64,000 bases of DNA from UHGV virus genome UHGV-1358930. The stretch is one strand, 5' to 3'. The translations under genes and the position numbers were made by a program. The DNA comes from a virus. Below, piece by piece: positions 61,066-64,000 of the stretch (positions within the stretch are counted from its first letter, which is position 1; each line of letters starts with the position of its first letter). A model generated the notes under the pieces. It was given only the letters and a program-made list of their open reading frames with translations. It had not been told where the DNA came from and ran no database searches.

Positions 61066-62817
61066 ATGGCCATAAAAACATGTAAAGCGTGTGGGAAGTT
61101 GTTTGAAGGTACTGGAACTGCTTCCTATTGTTCTGGTCCTCATTATGCTATATGTGAAGTTTGCGGGAAACAATTTGAGTGTGACCCTAGAATACATAAC
61201 AGATGCTGTTCTGCAAAATGTAAAGCGGAGTTGAGAAAGCAAACTATACGAAAAACCAAGAGAGTTTGCAAGCTATGCGGAAAGGTTTTTACCTCAAATT
61301 CGAATACTCAGCAATACTGTAATAATACTCATTATACTAAATGTGTTATATGCGGAAAGGAGTTTGCAATTCCTAAAGGACTGGAATATGATCCGCCGAG
61401 AGCTTGTTCTATAGAATGTTCTAGTAAACTCAGAAAACAAACATGTTTAGATAAATATGGAGTAGACGTAGCTTCTAAATCACCTGAAGTAAGACAAAAA
61501 CTTAGAGAAGCTTCTAAGCAGTCTGAAGATGTTCGACAGAATACCTGTTTGATTCGATATGGAGTTAAGAATGCATCAATGGCTCCAAGTGTACGGCAGA
61601 AAATATCCGATAGAATTAGATCAGACGAATGCGTTGCACAGACCAAGCAAACTATGAATGCTCGATACGGCGTAGATTATGCTATGCAAAATCATGAGCT
61701 ATACACTAAGCAGATAAATGGAATGACTGCTGTATATGCGTCAGATGGAACTAAGTTAGATAGTCACTATGAACTTTATGTATACGAGTATCTAAAACGA
61801 AACAACATAGACTTTGAGTATCAAGTTCCAATTCAATACACATACAATGAAGCTACGCATGTTACCTATGTTGATTTTAAGATCAACGGTCTGTATTTTG
61901 AGGTCAAAGGAGCACATTTACTGCAAGGGTGTTTTGATTACAGCGGTGTCCCAATTTCTGCTAAATTAGATGTATACAGAACTCATGACGTGATATTGAT
62001 AACTGACAGCATGTGTAAGGATATGTTTGAGAAATCTAATGGGCTAAAATATCCTAGCAAGCGTGAAAATCGACTAATTGGTGTAGATATTGATCTATTC
62101 AGGAATCCAGAGTTTCCCTATCGCAAAGATAGACCTAAATGTTTCTATGATGTTCGGGTTGATGGTAAAGCATCTGCACATGACGCATTCTTCAATGAAA
62201 ATATAAGATGGAACATGATTGTAAATCGAATACAGTATATGGGCGGATTTATTGATTCAAATCAAATACTAACTGCACTGAATGTTTCAAGAACTTGTAA
62301 GCAGCCATCTTGGTTCAGTCAATCGTTTGCAGAGCATATAATATCTACTTACTGTACTTCTAATATAATTGTTGATCCGTTTGCAGGTTGGGGAGCTAGA
62401 TCAGACGCAGCTAAGAAGCTTGGTAAAACATATATAGGATGCGATCTAAATCCAGAACTTGTCAAGTGGCATATTGACTGCGGAAGAACTAATATCTCGT
62501 TAGGAAATGCGGTAGATTTTAAGTTCTCAAATACATGTTCGGTATTTATCTGTCCTCCCTACTCAGATCCAAGCACGGGCAGATGTTTTGAAGATTACAA
62601 TTTTGAAGGATTTGATGCATCTGCTAAATCCATGAGTCAATGCGATTGGCTTAAATTAGTCATGAGAAACGTACCTAATGCAAATGAATATGTAATGGTA
62701 TGCAAAATTGTAGACCCAGGATTTGAAAAATACGTAGTAGAGACGAAAGAAAACAAAAGTCATTTTGGTACAAACTATGAATATGTTTTGCGTGTTCCTA
62801 AGAGAATATACTTGTAA
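61066..62817 (+). CDS. Modular protein C (paralog): Zn-ribbon, 3-4 RYG repeats, Vsr-like domain, C-terminal amino-methyltransferase-like domain (motif I 'DPFAGWG', motif IV 'CPPY')
   Basis: 'CKACGK...CEVCGK...CCSAKCKAE'; 'YVDFKINGLYFEVKGAH'; 'IIVDPFAGWGARS...FICPPYSD'. Confidence 0.55.
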   Translation: MAIKTCKACGKLFEGTGTASYCSGPHYAICEVCGKQFECDPRIHNRCCSAKCKAELRKQTIRKTKRVCKLCGKVFTSNSNTQQYCNNTHYTKCVICGKEFAIPKGLEYDPPRACSIECSSKLRKQTCLDKYGVDVASKSPEVRQKLREASKQSEDVRQNTCLIRYGVKNASMAPSVRQKISDRIRSDECVAQTKQTMNARYGVDYAMQNHELYTKQINGMTAVYASDGTKLDSHYELYVYEYLKRNNIDFEYQVPIQYTYNEATHVTYVDFKINGLYFEVKGAHLLQGCFDYSGVPISAKLDVYRTHDVILITDSMCKDMFEKSNGLKYPSKRENRLIGVDIDLFRNPEFPYRKDRPKCFYDVRVDGKASAHDAFFNENIRWNMIVNRIQYMGGFIDSNQILTALNVSRTCKQPSWFSQSFAEHIISTYCTSNIIVDPFAGWGARSDAAKKLGKTYIGCDLNPELVKWHIDCGRTNISLGNAVDFKFSNTCSVFICPPYSDPSTGRCFEDYNFEGFDASAKSMSQCDWLKLVMRNVPNANEYVMVCKIVDPGFEKYVVETKENKSHFGTNYEYVLRVPKRIYL

Positions 62818-62869
62818 TTTCAACACCAGAACCTTAACTATTATAAAATAAATAACTGGAGAGAATTAA

Positions 62870-63097
62870 ATGAAGAGAATTGTATGCAGTTCAAGATATG
62901 ACGCTACTCTCGAAATTCTTAGAAATATCCCGGATGATGTCTATAGAAAGCTTGCTGTAGCAGAAAAGCGAATACTTGCAAAAGCATATCATTCTGTAGA
63001 TCCTCAGATTTATCTTCAGGGAGCTGTTGATGGTATGGAACTTGTTGGATTTGACTTTAGCGAAGCGTTTGATAACATTTATCAAGATGTTGTATAA
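62870..63097 (+). CDS. Hypothetical small protein
   Basis: SD GGAGAG. Confidence 0.3.
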   Translation: MKRIVCSSRYDATLEILRNIPDDVYRKLAVAEKRILAKAYHSVDPQIYLQGAVDGMELVGFDFSEAFDNIYQDVV

Positions 63098-63346
63098 AGT
63101 TATGCTTCTAATGTTTATAGGTAGTGTAATATAGACGATAGTAACTATTATCGCCTGTTTTATGTAAAATCGTTGATGGAGAATGCGGATGATTGATTAC
63201 ATCGTTAAAGGATTGCTAGGAATATTGTACTTAATATTCACTTTGATTGTATACATAGCATTATTTGTTTTCATAGTTGTTATCTCACTCGTAATATCTC
63301 CTATCTGTATTATTTTATTACTTGTTGATAGAAAGAAGGATAAGCT

Positions 63347-63592
63347 TTGAAAAGAGTAATCAGATGTTCAACTGAAAATTCATTATCTGGTAAATACGTC
63401 AAAGATATTTTGAAGAAGTTGTCGTTCAAAGACAATGTTCGTATTCAGATGGATAAGGAATCTGTCTTTAAATACGATATTCCTTATGGCGGATTTAACG
63501 GAAATGTTATTGAAGTTCCTTGGTTCTTTGCTGATCTCGCAGTAGATTCAGTTAACGACGATGGAAATGGAGTAAGAATTCGAGTTAAATAA
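63347..63592 (+). CDS. Hypothetical small protein (TTG start)
   Basis: ORF. Confidence 0.3.
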   Translation: MKRVIRCSTENSLSGKYVKDILKKLSFKDNVRIQMDKESVFKYDIPYGGFNGNVIEVPWFFADLAVDSVNDDGNGVRIRVK

Positions 63593-63601
63593 ACACAAAT
63601 G

Positions 63602-63636
63602 ATGACGAGTCTTTTAGGCTCGTCATTTTTATGTTT
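63602..63636 (+). terminator. Rho-independent terminator (atgacgag...ctcgtcat + TTTTATGTTT)
   Basis: 8-bp stem + T-run. Confidence 0.65.
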
Positions 63637-63717
63637 ATTTGAGACTCGTTATTATTGTTGCAACAAAAATCAAAGCTCATCAAATTTAGGAGGTCATACA
63701 ATGTCTTAGATCAATAT

Positions 63718-64000
63718 CAATCACGTCAGATTTGAAAATAAATATTAAATATATTTATTTTCTTAACCTGTTCCTCTTTCAACGACCTTGCTTGACAAGT
63801 CAAGTCTTACTAGGTCTCCAGAGGCGTTAATTTCCACTTGTGCAGCGGTATTTGTTATTTTTTTTTAGGCAAAAGCTATTCTCAAGCCTTCGTTCAATAT
63901 ATTCGTTGCTGCATTGATATCTCTATCATGTTTTGTTTGACAATTAGGACAAGTCCAATTTCTGACTTCAAGATTTTTGACTTCTGGATTTTTGAATCCA
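63718..64000 (-). mobile_element. Second copy of the TnpB-element right end (tnpB 3' part + omega-RNA region), truncated by window end
   Basis: ~90% identical to 18263..18545 over ~280 nt. Confidence 0.65.
63865..64000 (-). CDS. tnpB: tnpB (partial, C-terminal Zn-finger region; continues beyond window)
   Basis: Collinear with 18404.. region of copy 1. Confidence 0.6.
   Translation of the reverse strand, partial: GFKNPEVKNLEVRNWTCPNCQTKHDRDINAATNILNEGLRIAFA

Overview
This AT-rich 64 kb window looks like part of a large virulent dsDNA phage genome, probably SPO1/Herelleviridae-like from a low-GC Gram-positive host. Genes are tightly packed and almost all on the + strand, with AAGGAG-type ribosome-binding sites. 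The main content, in order:

- **7-deazaguanine module (258..4951).** A complete biosynthesis cluster queF-queC-queD-queE-folE, preceded by a hairpin plus A-rich tail that resembles a preQ1-I riboswitch. QueF is split at its catalytic cysteine by an intein carrying an HNH endonuclease, and a free-standing HNH homing endonuclease sits inside the cluster. A guanine-deaminase-like gene follows, and a DpdA-type DNA transglycosylase lies 35 kb away, so dPreQ1-type DNA hypermodification is predicted.
- **Promoter region (10.5..12.5 kb).** A 1.2 kb AT-rich, repeat-laden non-coding stretch with two near-consensus sigma-A promoters, followed by about 450 nt of GC-richer sequence with no ORF, a candidate ncRNA.
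- **Replication module (15.8..39.3 kb).** It encodes:
  - a DnaB helicase interrupted by a class-3-like intein with a LAGLIDADG endonuclease;
  - an IS607-family element (tnpA plus tnpB with a putative omega-RNA end) inserted between helicase and primase, with a second truncated copy at the window end;
  - a primase, a gp32-like single-strand DNA-binding protein, a beta-clamp, clamp-loader proteins (DnaX, delta and delta-prime-like), RecA and a Cas4-like nuclease;
  - a family-A DNA polymerase whose reading frame is broken by four group I introns (three carrying HNH or GIY-YIG homing endonucleases) plus one intein.
- **Packaging/structural module (44..54 kb).** Large terminase, candidate portal and a sheath-like protein.
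- **Three paralogous modular proteins.** Each has a Zn-ribbon, tandem NUMOD3-like 'RYG' repeats, a Vsr-like nuclease domain, and either a GNAT-like C-terminus (two) or an amino-methyltransferase-like C-terminus (one). These are candidate novel DNA-targeting modification or nuclease enzymes.

A recurring AATCGTTAA(A/T) motif precedes many genes. Coordinates of splice and intein junctions are approximate (+/- a few nt).
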